Assembly: GCA_963819655.1 (NCBI GenBank)
Contig: CAWFXA010000001.1
Location: 224,001 to 288,000 of the forward strand
Direction: 5' to 3'
DNA length: 64,000 nucleotides
From: an uncultured Chloroflexia bacterium
GTDB taxonomy: Bacteria; Chloroflexota; Limnocylindria; Limnocylindrales; CSP1-4
Numbering within the stretch: position 1 is the stretch's first letter; the number at the start of each line of letters is the position of its first letter. The translations under genes and the position numbers were made by a program. Shown here piece by piece: positions 10,066 through 19,539 of this stretch. The notes under the pieces were generated by a model, which was not told the origin of the DNA, searched no databases, and saw nothing but the letters and a program-made list of their open reading frames with translations.

Positions 10066-10190
10066 GCGGGATCCGGCGCTGGGGCCCTCGTCATTCCGGC
10101 CTTCTGCTGAGGTACTGGCCGGTATGTCAGGGTGTTCAGCGGTACCGAGCGTGCGCCACCATGTCCTCCCCAATCCGCACGGAGGACACC

Positions 10191-10370
10191 ATGATCGCCA
10201 GACTCGGTCGTCGTGATCCGTTCTGGGACGATGGCAAGGGTGCGCGCCGACGACAGCTCCGATTGCGCGTCGAAGGCCTGCTCGCGATCGCCCTCGCCAT
10301 CGCCGCTTGCGGCCTGACCGCCGCTATGTGGCTGCGCCAGATCCTGCCCGTGGTTGGCATCCAGATCTGA
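10191..10370 (+). CDS. Small single-pass membrane protein (59 aa), hypothetical
   Basis: GGAGG RBS; MIARLGRRDPFWDD...hydrophobic LLAIALAIAACGLTAAMWL. Confidence 0.6.
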   Translation: MIARLGRRDPFWDDGKGARRRQLRLRVEGLLAIALAIAACGLTAAMWLRQILPVVGIQI

Positions 10371-10556
10371 CCCCCCGGCGTCCGCCGCCGGTGCCGCACC
10401 ACACCGCAAAAACGATCGCCGCGCAACGCCATGGCTGCCCTTTGCTGGCGTCGAGTGGGATTGAGGGTCGACACCATGGGACCCCTTCGCTACTCGACAA
10501 CGTGACCCGTCCTCGGTGGAGACTCGCTCCCTCATCCGAACCGGAGAGGGAACGCC

Positions 10557-11597
10557 GTGCAGGGACGCCACAGGCTGCCGCCGCCCGTCATCGTCGCGAC
10601 CATCGGCATGGTCCTCGGGCTTGTGCTGCCGGGGACGGCGCTCGCGGCGGCATCCGTCGACCTCGATCAGTGGGCCAGCAGTGACGCGGCCTGGCAGAAC
10701 GGCAACCTCAACGGCAACAACAGCCGCTATCCCGAAGGTGGGATCGTGCCGTTCCGACTGGCCCTCGAAGGACTGAAGCCGGGCGCCCACTCGATCCACA
10801 TCAACTACGACTTCACCGCCGGCGGTCACAAGGCCTACGACTTCCTCGCGACGTGGAACGTGACCAACGCCAAGGGCAAGGTCTGCATCCCGAGCGGCGG
10901 GGCGATCTCGTCGATGTGTCCGGGCCTGCCCGGATCGACGAGCGCGGCGTTCCCGTCCGACCCATTCAAAGCGAACGGCCTATCAGTCAAGGGCGCCGAG
11001 GCCTATTCGGGTGCGCCGCGCCGGCTCACGATCTGGGGCGGGACGATCACCTCGATCAGTGCCCCCGCGCACGCCGGGTCCGTGAACGGCAACAGCACTG
11101 CGGACATCGTGGTGCGTTTCCGCTCGACGAGCCCGGCGGTCCTATTCGCATGGGGCGGGCACCTCGCCCAGTCTCGCTACTGGGATACGGCCGGCGGCGG
11201 CGCGCGTGATGGCGCGTCGCTCGTGTCCGGTGCGCCGTGGCACATGCGGACGCTGCAACTCGATGGCGCGGGCAACCGGAACCAGGATCGCAGCATCCAG
11301 CCGAGCGCGATCGTCGGCGAGCTGCCGCCCCAGGCGCTCGCACCGACCCCGCCGGGAGCGCCGGCAACGCCTCGGCCGCCGGCGACGCCGCGACCGCCGT
11401 CCGCCCCGAACGATCCGAATTCGCCCGCGGCGCCTCGCGGACCCCTCGCCACCGTCCCACCGACGAGCACGGTGGAACCGCGCGTTGTCACAGGCTCGCC
11501 CACCCCGGCGCTCATCCTGGCCGTTTTGCTCGGCACCACGCTCGTGGGCCTGTCGATCGCGAGCGGCTGGCGCCGCCGGACCCGGCCACAAGACTGA
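10557..11597 (+). CDS. Secreted/surface protein of unknown function with Pro-rich linker and C-terminal membrane anchor
   Basis: Signal peptide ending ALA-AA; WQNGNLNGNNSRYPEG domain; PATPRPP linker; VPPTS then TM then RRRTR tail. Confidence 0.75.
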   Translation: MQGRHRLPPPVIVATIGMVLGLVLPGTALAAASVDLDQWASSDAAWQNGNLNGNNSRYPEGGIVPFRLALEGLKPGAHSIHINYDFTAGGHKAYDFLATWNVTNAKGKVCIPSGGAISSMCPGLPGSTSAAFPSDPFKANGLSVKGAEAYSGAPRRLTIWGGTITSISAPAHAGSVNGNSTADIVVRFRSTSPAVLFAWGGHLAQSRYWDTAGGGARDGASLVSGAPWHMRTLQLDGAGNRNQDRSIQPSAIVGELPPQALAPTPPGAPATPRPPATPRPPSAPNDPNSPAAPRGPLATVPPTSTVEPRVVTGSPTPALILAVLLGTTLVGLSIASGWRRRTRPQD

Positions 11598-11691
11598 CCC
11601 GTCGACCGAGGTCGTCCGCCGACCCGCTCATCACCTACCATCTGCCTCCTGACCGACTCGACGCCGTGGTCGCCCAGGAGGGACAGCCTCG

Positions 11692-13089
11692 ATGCGCACG
11701 CTCATCACCAACGGGACCATCGTCACCGGGGAGGGATCGCAGTCCGCGGACGTGCTCATCGACGGCGAGACCATCGCCGCGATCGGCGGCGATCTGGCGG
11801 GCGCCGGCATGACGGCAGACGACACGATCGACGCCTCCGGGAAGTACGTCATCCCGGGTGCGATCGACGTCCATACCCACATGGAGCTGCCATTCGGCGG
11901 CACGTTCGCGAAGGACACCTTCGAGACCGGCACGCGGGCCGCCGCCTTCGGCGGGACCACCACGATCGTCGACTTCGCGGTCCAGACCCGCGGCCAGTCG
12001 CTGCGCGAAGGGCTCGACGCGTGGCACGCCAAGGCCGAGGGCAACGCCGTCGCCGACTACGGCTTCCACATGATCATGAGCGACGTCACCGACGACACGC
12101 TCAAGGAGATGGACACGCTGGTCGCCGAGGGTGTGCCCGACTTCAAGCTGTTCACGGCCTACCCGGGCGTGTTCTACAGCGACGACGGTGCGATCTTCCG
12201 GGCGATGCAGCAGACGGAGAAGAACGGCGGGCTGATCATGATGCACGCCGAGAACGGCATGGCCATCGACGTCGTCGCCGAGCAGACCTTCGAGAGCGGG
12301 ACGACCGACCCGATCGGTCACGGGCTGGCGCGGAAGGCCGTCTTCGAGGGTGAGGCGACCAACCGGGTCATCCGCCTTGCCGAGGCCGCCGGGGTCCCCG
12401 TGTACATCGTCCACCTGTCCGCCAGCGATGCGTTGGCCGAGGTCCGCGCCGCCCGGGACCGCGGCTCCAGGGTCTTCGCCGAGACGTGCCCGCAGTACCT
12501 GTTCCTGTCGCTCGACGACCTCCGCAACGGGTTCGAGGGTGCCAAGTTCATCTGCTCGCCACCGCTCCGCCCGAAGAGCCACTGGGACGACCTGTGGTCG
12601 GGTCTTGTGAAGGACGACCTTCAGCTGGTCTCGACCGACCATTGCCCGTTCGACTTCCACGGCCAGAAGGAGCTCGGGCGGGGCGACTTCCGGAAGGTGC
12701 CCAACGGCCTGCCGGGCGTCGAGGACCGTGTCGACCTGATGCACGACGGCGGGGTCGTGGGCGGACGGATCTCGAAGGAACGGTGGGTCGAGATCCTGTC
12801 GACGGCGCCCGCCAAGCTGTTCGGGATGTATCCACGCAAGGGCTCGGTCAGCGTCGGCGCCGACGCCGATCTCGTCGTCTACGACCCGAACCGGAAGCGG
12901 ACGATCTCCGCCACCAGCCACCACATGGATGTCGACTACTCGTGCTACGAGGGCCGCCAGGTGCAGGGCGCGAGCGACGTCGTCCTGTCGCGTGGGTCGG
13001 TCATCGTCCGCGACGGCACGTTTACCGGACGCAAAGGCCACGGCCGGTTCGTGAAGCGATCGACCGCCGACCACGCCAGGATCTCCTGA
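11692..13089 (+). CDS. hydA: Dihydropyrimidinase
   Basis: PGAIDVHTHME, GGTTTIVDF, FKLFTAY, HAENG, STDHCPF, PNGLPGVEDR. Confidence 0.95.
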   Translation: MRTLITNGTIVTGEGSQSADVLIDGETIAAIGGDLAGAGMTADDTIDASGKYVIPGAIDVHTHMELPFGGTFAKDTFETGTRAAAFGGTTTIVDFAVQTRGQSLREGLDAWHAKAEGNAVADYGFHMIMSDVTDDTLKEMDTLVAEGVPDFKLFTAYPGVFYSDDGAIFRAMQQTEKNGGLIMMHAENGMAIDVVAEQTFESGTTDPIGHGLARKAVFEGEATNRVIRLAEAAGVPVYIVHLSASDALAEVRAARDRGSRVFAETCPQYLFLSLDDLRNGFEGAKFICSPPLRPKSHWDDLWSGLVKDDLQLVSTDHCPFDFHGQKELGRGDFRKVPNGLPGVEDRVDLMHDGGVVGGRISKERWVEILSTAPAKLFGMYPRKGSVSVGADADLVVYDPNRKRTISATSHHMDVDYSCYEGRQVQGASDVVLSRGSVIVRDGTFTGRKGHGRFVKRSTADHARIS

Positions 13090-13091
13090 CG

Positions 13092-13565
13092 ATGAGCCAG
13101 ATCGAGGGCGTGCGCTTCGGCCACGTGAATGTCACCACATCCGACTGGCGCCGGCTGGTCGCGTTCTACACCGACGTGTTCGGGTGCGAGTTCGTGCCAC
13201 CGGAGCGGGACATCCAGGGCGAGCACCTAGATAGGGCGACGGGCCTGCGCGATGCGCACCTGACCGGTGCCCATCTCCGTCTGCCGGGCCACGGTCCGGA
13301 CGGGCCGACGATCGAGATCTTCTCGTACGACGAGCTCGAGAAGCACCCCGGGGCGAACGTCGCCCGCGCCGGATGGGGCCACGTCGCGTTCCAGGTGCCC
13401 TACGTTCCCACAGCGGTCGAGGCCGTCATCGCGGCCGGCGGCGGGCGGCTCGGCGAGGTCATCACGACGCGCACTTCCGATGGCCGGCAGGTGACCTGGG
13501 GCTACGTGACGGACCCGGACGGCAACATCGTCGAGCTCCAGGCCTGGTCGGTCGCGGCGGACTGA
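13092..13565 (+). CDS. VOC/glyoxalase family protein
   Basis: FGHVNV, IEIF, GWGHVAF, TDPDGNIVEL. Confidence 0.88.
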   Translation: MSQIEGVRFGHVNVTTSDWRRLVAFYTDVFGCEFVPPERDIQGEHLDRATGLRDAHLTGAHLRLPGHGPDGPTIEIFSYDELEKHPGANVARAGWGHVAFQVPYVPTAVEAVIAAGGGRLGEVITTRTSDGRQVTWGYVTDPDGNIVELQAWSVAAD

Positions 13566-13570
13566 ACCGG

Positions 13571-14008
13571 GTGGTCGAGGTCCGCCGACGCGTCACGATC
13601 CCCGCCGAGCTCGACCGGCTCGCCGAGATCCGCGCGGTCGTGCGCGATGTCGCGCATGGCTGCGAGGCGCCGGCGGACTGCATCGACGACCTCGTCCAGG
13701 CGGTCGACGAGGCGGCCACGAACATCATCGTGCATGGCTACCGGGGCGCCCAAGGCACCATCGAGCTGACCGCGGAGCTGGTATCGGGCGACATCGTCTT
13801 CACGCTCGAAGACACGGCTCCGCCCTACGATCCGACTACCGTCCCGCCACCGGACCTGACCGTCCCACCCGCCCAGCGCCGGCCCGGCGGCATGGGCGTC
13901 CACCTGATGCGCCTCGCCACCGATTCGCTTGTGCATCGACCGCGCCCGGGCGGTGGCAACATACTGACCCTCACGCGTGCGAGGGCTCGTCGATTCAAGG
14001 AGGTGTGA
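13571..14008 (+). CDS. Anti-sigma factor / Ser kinase, RsbW-like HATPase
   Basis: AVDEAATNIIVHGY, LEDTAPPYDP, RPGGMGVHLM. Confidence 0.88.
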   Translation: MVEVRRRVTIPAELDRLAEIRAVVRDVAHGCEAPADCIDDLVQAVDEAATNIIVHGYRGAQGTIELTAELVSGDIVFTLEDTAPPYDPTTVPPPDLTVPPAQRRPGGMGVHLMRLATDSLVHRPRPGGGNILTLTRARARRFKEV

Positions 14009-14011
14009 TCG

Positions 14012-14431
14012 ATGGCGATGCAGACCACGATCGAGCGCGTCGACGCGCACGTCCCGATCACGGTCATGACGCTCACCGGGGAGCTCGACGCGTCCAACTA
14101 CCTGCGCCTGGTCGACGATGTGCGCCCGCTCTACGGGGCGGGTGTCCGTCACCTGTTGCTCGATCTCACCGACCTGACGTTCATCTCCAGCTCGGGTCTC
14201 GTGTCGCTGTATTCGATCGAGAAGGTCATGCAGGGCCAGGAGCCACCGGATCCGGAGTACGGCTGGGGTGCGTTGCACGAGGTCGGCCGGGCGGTCGACG
14301 ACGGCACGATCCAGAGCGCCGTCCAGCTGTGCGGCGTCCAGCCGGGCGTGCGCGAGGTGATCGAACGCACAGGGCTCGATCGTCTCTTCCAGATCCATCC
14401 CGATCGGGCGACCGCAGTCGCCGAGTTCTGA
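14012..14431 (+). CDS. STAS domain anti-anti-sigma factor
   Basis: GELDAS, DLTDLTFISSSGL (phosphoacceptor Ser), VIERTGLD; AGGAGG RBS. Confidence 0.9.
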   Translation: MAMQTTIERVDAHVPITVMTLTGELDASNYLRLVDDVRPLYGAGVRHLLLDLTDLTFISSSGLVSLYSIEKVMQGQEPPDPEYGWGALHEVGRAVDDGTIQSAVQLCGVQPGVREVIERTGLDRLFQIHPDRATAVAEF

Positions 14432-14450
14432 CCGGATCGGGGTCGCGGGC

Positions 14451-15551
14451 GTGACCGGCCTCGACCCGTCGTTCCCGGTCGACCGCGCGACGCTCGAGCG
14501 GATCCTGGCTCCGTTCAAACGAGTTCCGGACGGCCTGACAGTCACCCTCCAGGACGCGTTGGGTCAGACGATCGACGGATCGCCGGCCGACGCCGCGTCT
14601 TCCGCGAACGCCCGTCTCACGCGCGACCTGCTGGTCGGTGGGTCGGTGTTCGGGCGGCTCGTCGCCGAGGGTCCCGGGGTCACCGACAGGACGATCGCGG
14701 CATCGCTCGACGCGCTGGCAGCTGCGCTGGAGCAGCTCGCCGAGGCCGGGCAGCGGTCGCCGGCCGCCTCCGCCACCGAGGTGGGGACCGCCGTGACGGA
14801 CCGACGATCCGGCATCGCGGCCGAGCTGGCCGTGGGTCGCCTGCATCAGCGCAGCATCGTGTCGCTGGTGGCTCCGGAGGTCGCCGGCTACGACCTCGCG
14901 AGCCATTACGAGCCGGCCCGCGAGCTCGGGGGCGACTTCTTCGAGCTGTTCCGCCTGCGCCGGCGCGGGCAACCGCTGGGCATCGTCATCGCGGACGTCG
15001 CCGGCAAGGGCATCGCCGCGGCGCTCCTGATGGCATTCGCGCGGCCGATCATCCACTCGGCGCTGCACGCCGCGAGCGGGCCGGCCGACGCGCTCGAGCG
15101 GACCAATCGGATCCTCGTGGACGAGGTCCATACCTCGCTGTTCATCACCGCGCTCGTCGGCCGGCTCGACCCCCGCTCGGGCCACGTTCGGCTGGCCAAC
15201 GCGGGGCACGAGCCCGCGCTTCTCGTCCCGGGCGACGGCGGAGCCATCGAGAGCATCGAAGGTGGCGGTCCGCTGCTGGGTGCCTTCGCGCCTCTCGACC
15301 TGACCGAGATCGACCTGACCCTGCGACCCGGTGACCGGCTCGTGCTGTACACGGACGGCGTGACCGATTCTCGGTCCCCATCCGGGGAACGGTTCGGCAT
15401 GCCCCGCTTGCTCGAGACCATCGAGAGGGCGCGCGCAGGCTCTGCCAACGACTTGGTGGCTGCCATCCGATCAGCCGAGGCGAATTTCCGGAACGGCGCC
15501 GAATGCGTCGACGATGTGACGATCGTGGCCGTCGGACGGCACGCGTCATGA
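14451..15551 (+). CDS. SpoIIE/RsbU-type PP2C phosphatase
   Basis: GGDFF, ADVAGKG, NAGH, YTDGVTD, DDVT. Confidence 0.92.
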   Translation: MTGLDPSFPVDRATLERILAPFKRVPDGLTVTLQDALGQTIDGSPADAASSANARLTRDLLVGGSVFGRLVAEGPGVTDRTIAASLDALAAALEQLAEAGQRSPAASATEVGTAVTDRRSGIAAELAVGRLHQRSIVSLVAPEVAGYDLASHYEPARELGGDFFELFRLRRRGQPLGIVIADVAGKGIAAALLMAFARPIIHSALHAASGPADALERTNRILVDEVHTSLFITALVGRLDPRSGHVRLANAGHEPALLVPGDGGAIESIEGGGPLLGAFAPLDLTEIDLTLRPGDRLVLYTDGVTDSRSPSGERFGMPRLLETIERARAGSANDLVAAIRSAEANFRNGAECVDDVTIVAVGRHAS

Positions 15552-16474
15552 CGTCCGGCGCGCCGACCATGGCGGCTCCGACGATCCTCGACGGCGGGCT
15601 CGCGACCGAGCTCGAGGCGCGTGGCAACGACCTGAGCGACAGGCTGTGGTCGGCGCGCCTCCTCCTCGACGATCCGGACGCGATCGAGGACATCCACCTC
15701 GCCTACTTCCGCGCAGGTGCGCAGGTCGCGACGACGGCGAGCTACCAGGCGACCGTGCAGGGCTTTGCGGCGGCGGGGCTGGATCGCGACACGGCTCTCG
15801 GCGCCATCCGGCGCTCGGTCGAGCTGGCCCAGCGGGCGAGGGACCGGTTCGCGGCAGAGTCCGGCGGCGGTGACGGGCTGCGTGTGGCGGGCTCCGTCGG
15901 GCCGTACGGCGCGATGCTCGCCGACGGGTCCGAATATCGGGGCGACTACGATCCCGGCGAGGTGGCCCTCCGCGACCTGCACGGCCCGCGGATCGAGGCG
16001 TTGCTGGACGCGGGCGCCGACATCCTCGCGATCGAGACGATCCCCGCGTTGCGCGAGGCCCGGGTGCTGGTGGATCTCGTCGCGGAATCGGGCGCCACGG
16101 CGTGGCTGTCGTACCAGTGCCGCGACGCGTCCACGACGGCGGCGGGTGAACCGATCGAGGAGGCGGTGGCGCTGGCAGCGGGGGCCTCGGGCGTCGTTGC
16201 GGTCGGCGTGAACTGCACGGCCCCGCGTCATGTCCCGGCATTGCTGGCTGCCGCCCGCACCGCGACGACGAAGCCGCTCATCGCCTACCCGAACGCAGGC
16301 GACGCGTGGGACGCACGGGACCGCCGCTGGATCAGTACCGACAGCACTGGGGGCTTTGACCCGACGGCGGTCGCATCGTGGGCCGCGATGGGCGCGGCCT
16401 GGCTCGGCGGCTGCTGCGGGACGGGGCCCGCGGACATCGCTGCCCTGGCAGCCGCCGCTATGGTGTCGAGCTGA
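15548..16474 (+). CDS. mmuM: Homocysteine S-methyltransferase
   Basis: LDGGLATELE, LWSA, GSVGPYGA..ADGSEY, GVNC, YPNAG, GGCC; ATGA overlap with the upstream gene. Confidence 0.9.
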   Translation: MTSGAPTMAAPTILDGGLATELEARGNDLSDRLWSARLLLDDPDAIEDIHLAYFRAGAQVATTASYQATVQGFAAAGLDRDTALGAIRRSVELAQRARDRFAAESGGGDGLRVAGSVGPYGAMLADGSEYRGDYDPGEVALRDLHGPRIEALLDAGADILAIETIPALREARVLVDLVAESGATAWLSYQCRDASTTAAGEPIEEAVALAAGASGVVAVGVNCTAPRHVPALLAAARTATTKPLIAYPNAGDAWDARDRRWISTDSTGGFDPTAVASWAAMGAAWLGGCCGTGPADIAALAAAAMVSS

Positions 16475-16915
16475 TCAGATCTCGGTGACCGACCGACGGT
16501 CGAAGACCCGGAGCAGGGCCAGGATCAGCAGTTCGACGAGAGTCCAACCGATCAGCGCGACGATGGCCGCGATGTCAAGGACCTGTCGACCGGCTGTCAC
16601 GCGATCGAGCTGGAACATACCGCGGAACGGCTCGACGAACGGGTCGGTGATGTTGAGGATCAGCTGGACGACGTCGTTCCCGGGGTTCGCGACCAGCAGC
16701 AGCAGGATGATCCGCAGGATCAACGCGACCTGTAGCACGCCGAACAGGAACGTGACGAACCGGCCAAGGATCGCGGCGACGCCGGGGCCGGCGGGCTTGT
16801 ACGCACGCTCTGTCGTCCGGACGGCCGTCGATCGAGGCTCGGGCGCTGCGGGAACGGGCGCCACGGGATCGGGGGGCGTGGTCTCGTGCGTGGTCGTGCG
16901 CTCGTAATCGGTCAT
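16475..16915 (-). CDS. YggT family membrane protein
   Basis: LRIILLLLVANPGN...ITDPFVEPFRGMF; AGGAGG RBS. Confidence 0.82.
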   Translation of the reverse strand: MTDYERTTTHETTPPDPVAPVPAAPEPRSTAVRTTERAYKPAGPGVAAILGRFVTFLFGVLQVALILRIILLLLVANPGNDVVQLILNITDPFVEPFRGMFQLDRVTAGRQVLDIAAIVALIGWTLVELLILALLRVFDRRSVTEI

Positions 16916-17112
16916 GGGGTGGCCTCCTGGGCTTCCGAGCCGCAGGATGCCGTCGAGATCCAGCTGAGCGCACATCACGTGCCCCAGCACAGGCTTGCAG
17001 GGGCATCTCAGACCCCGTGGTGGTGCGCGGCGACCCCGCCCCGCGCACGAGCCTCAGTGGGCGAAGAGTCCCGCAGGCTCAGGCCGAATGAAGCGTGATG
17101 ACGTGGCCGACG

Positions 17113-17877
17113 TTACCCGATGACGTCGACGCGGTCGCCACCACCGGTCGGGTCGGCCTCGACCACGACGGGTCCGACGAATTGCGCGATGTATTCGAGA
17201 AACAGGACGATGAAGATCAGCACGCCGGTCATCTCGAGTGCCTCCTCGATCGTCAGGACCAGGATGTAGAGCAGCGAGCCGCCACCGAACGTCGAGGCGA
17301 GGTAGTCACCGATGGCGTCCGACCCGAGCACGCCGACCAGGTACACCAGCCCACCGATGGCGAACCAGGTCCGCCAGCGCCGGGGCAAGGCGCCGAACCA
17401 TCGGCCGAACAGCGCGACCGCGACGGCAATCGCGACCAGGCCGAGGAGCCCGAGTCCGATCAGCGGCAGCGGGCCCTCGGTCGCGTCCATGGCCCGGCGC
17501 AGCACCTTCGTCGCCTGCGAGTGGACCCCGATGACCTCTTCGAGGGAGAGCGCTGCGAAACCGATCGCGAGCAGGGTCCACTGGAGGACGAACGGGCGAC
17601 CCCTGCGACGAGCTGCGATCGCGATGACGCCGAGCATCGCACTGACCGCGAACAGCGTGATGGCCGCATACCACGTGGGGATGCTCGCCTCCGCATTGAC
17701 GTCGAACCAGTTGGTGACCCTGTCGAGGTACTCGTTCTCGACGATGACGAACTCCGAGATGAGCTGGCCGATCAGGCTCATGACACTGAGGAGCACGATG
17801 AGCCCGGCCAGCCATCTGGCCAGCCGTCCGACCGCGAGGGAGAGTTCGAGGGACTCCTCTGCCCGACCCTCCCCCAC
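17113..17877 (-). CDS. Hypothetical multi-pass membrane protein
   Basis: About 7 hydrophobic segments with FDVNAEASIPTWY, SLEEVIGVH, IEEALEM. GTG start 3 nt after the mmsA stop. Confidence 0.7.
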   Translation of the reverse strand: MGEGRAEESLELSLAVGRLARWLAGLIVLLSVMSLIGQLISEFVIVENEYLDRVTNWFDVNAEASIPTWYAAITLFAVSAMLGVIAIAARRRGRPFVLQWTLLAIGFAALSLEEVIGVHSQATKVLRRAMDATEGPLPLIGLGLLGLVAIAVAVALFGRWFGALPRRWRTWFAIGGLVYLVGVLGSDAIGDYLASTFGGGSLLYILVLTIEEALEMTGVLIFIVLFLEYIAQFVGPVVVEADPTGGGDRVDVIG

Positions 17878-17879
17878 CT

Positions 17880-19415
17880 CTACCGCGTCCGCGGGAACCC
17901 CAGATCGACCTTGCTCGTGCCCGGATCCGGCCAGCGTGACGTGACGATCTTGGCCCGCGTGTAGAACTGGATGCCCTCGGGGCCATACATGTGCAGATCG
18001 CCGAACAGGCTCGCCTTCCAGCCACCGAAGCTGTAGTAGGCGACTGGCACGGGGATCGGCACGTTGATCCCGACCATCCCGGCGTTGACCTCGAACTGGA
18101 ACTGGCGCGCTGCTCCGCCGTCGCGCGTGAAGATCGCCGTCCCGTTGCCGTACGGGTTCTCGTTGATGAGCTTGACCGCCTCGTCGTACGTCTTGACCCG
18201 GACGACTGTCAGGACCGGGCCGAAGATCTCGTCGCGATAGGCATCCATCGAGGTGGTGACGTTGTCGATCAGCGACACCCCCAGGAAGAAGCCGTCGCTT
18301 CCGCCGTACAGCGGGTGCTCGCGGCCGTCGGTCACGACCGTCGCGCCCTGCTTCTGGGACGAGTCGATGTAGCCCGCGACCTTGTCGCGATGCTGGCGGG
18401 TGACGAGTGGCCCCATCTCGGCGGTCGGGTCGGAACCGGGACCGACCTTCACCTCGGGGAGCCGCTTGGAGATCGCGTCGACCAGGGGGTCGGCCACATC
18501 GCCGACCGCCACGACAGTCGCGATCGCCATGCACCGCTCACCGGCCGAGCCGTACCCGGCCGACACGGCCGCATCGGCAGCCATGTCGATGTCCGCGTCC
18601 GGCAGCACGATCATGTGATTCTTCGCGCCGCCGAGCGCCTGCACGCGCTTGCCGTTCCTGGTGCCGGTCTCGTAGATGTAGCGCGCGATCGGCGTCGAGC
18701 CCACGAAGCTGACGGCGGCGATGTCCGGATGCTCGAGGATTGCGTCGACGGCCACCTTGTCGCCGTGGACCACGTTGAACACGCCGTCGGGGACGCCCGC
18801 TTCGTGGAGCAGCTCGGCCAGGAAGATCGACGCCGACGGGTCCTTCTCGGACGGCTTGAGGATGAACGTGTTGCCGGTCGCGATGGCGGTCGCGAACATC
18901 CACATCGGGACCATCGCCGGGAAGTTGAAGGGCGTTATGCCCGCGACGACACCGAGCGGCTGGCGGATCTGGTAGACGTCGACGCCGGTGCTCGCCTGCT
19001 CGGTGAACCCGCCCTTAAGCAGATTCGGGATGCCGCACGCGAATTCGAGGTTCTCAAGGCCACGCGCGATCTCACCCAGCGCATCCGACGGCACCTTGCC
19101 GTGCTCGGCGGTGAGGTGGGCCGCCAGCTCATGTCGGCGCTGGTCGACCAGGTTGCGGATCTTGAACAGGATGTCGGTGCGCTTGCTCAGCGACGTGGCG
19201 CGCCAGCCGGGGAAGGCGGCGCGGGCGGCGGCGACGGCTGCCGCGACCTCGTCGGCCGACGCAAAGTCGACGTGCTTCGTGACGACGCCCGTCGCAGGGT
19301 CGTAGACATCGCCCTGGCGGCCCGACGTGCCGGCCGTGGAGCTCCCGCCGATCCAATGGCTGATGCGCCCCGGAGAGGCGGCGCTTGTGATCTCGGGTTC
19401 GGCGACCTGGGTCAT
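17880..19415 (-). CDS. mmsA: CoA-acylating (methyl)malonate-semialdehyde dehydrogenase
   Basis: ITPFNFPAMVPMWM, KPSEKDP, GGAKNH, SAGERCMA, GINVPIPVP. Confidence 0.95.
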   Translation of the reverse strand: MTQVAEPEITSAASPGRISHWIGGSSTAGTSGRQGDVYDPATGVVTKHVDFASADEVAAAVAAARAAFPGWRATSLSKRTDILFKIRNLVDQRRHELAAHLTAEHGKVPSDALGEIARGLENLEFACGIPNLLKGGFTEQASTGVDVYQIRQPLGVVAGITPFNFPAMVPMWMFATAIATGNTFILKPSEKDPSASIFLAELLHEAGVPDGVFNVVHGDKVAVDAILEHPDIAAVSFVGSTPIARYIYETGTRNGKRVQALGGAKNHMIVLPDADIDMAADAAVSAGYGSAGERCMAIATVVAVGDVADPLVDAISKRLPEVKVGPGSDPTAEMGPLVTRQHRDKVAGYIDSSQKQGATVVTDGREHPLYGGSDGFFLGVSLIDNVTTSMDAYRDEIFGPVLTVVRVKTYDEAVKLINENPYGNGTAIFTRDGGAARQFQFEVNAGMVGINVPIPVPVAYYSFGGWKASLFGDLHMYGPEGIQFYTRAKIVTSRWPDPGTSKVDLGFPRTR

Positions 19416-19539
19416 CGGAAGGTCCTCGTGGCACGCGTCGTCATCCGCGCCACGATACCCGGTCCGCCACGAGTTGCCATCCCGCCTCATGTCGGCAGCG
19501 GCTTGCGCACGGAGCCACGGCCGGACGGCGGGACGCCCG

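Noticed and set aside
9869-10216. 115-aa ORF across the palindromic element
   Set aside because: No RBS or recognisable motif; better explained as non-coding repeat structure.
10380-10556. Possible c-di-GMP or c-di-AMP riboswitch
   Set aside because: The GEMM and ydaO consensus elements could not be matched by eye.
16995-17011. Second MprA-like box (TTGCAG-N5-TCTCAG) near yggT
   Set aside because: One half-site is degenerate and it is oriented opposite to the gene; too weak.
17878-18534. N-terminal extension of the 473-aa ORF
   Set aside because: Alternate frame of mmsA; the real membrane protein starts at about 17877.
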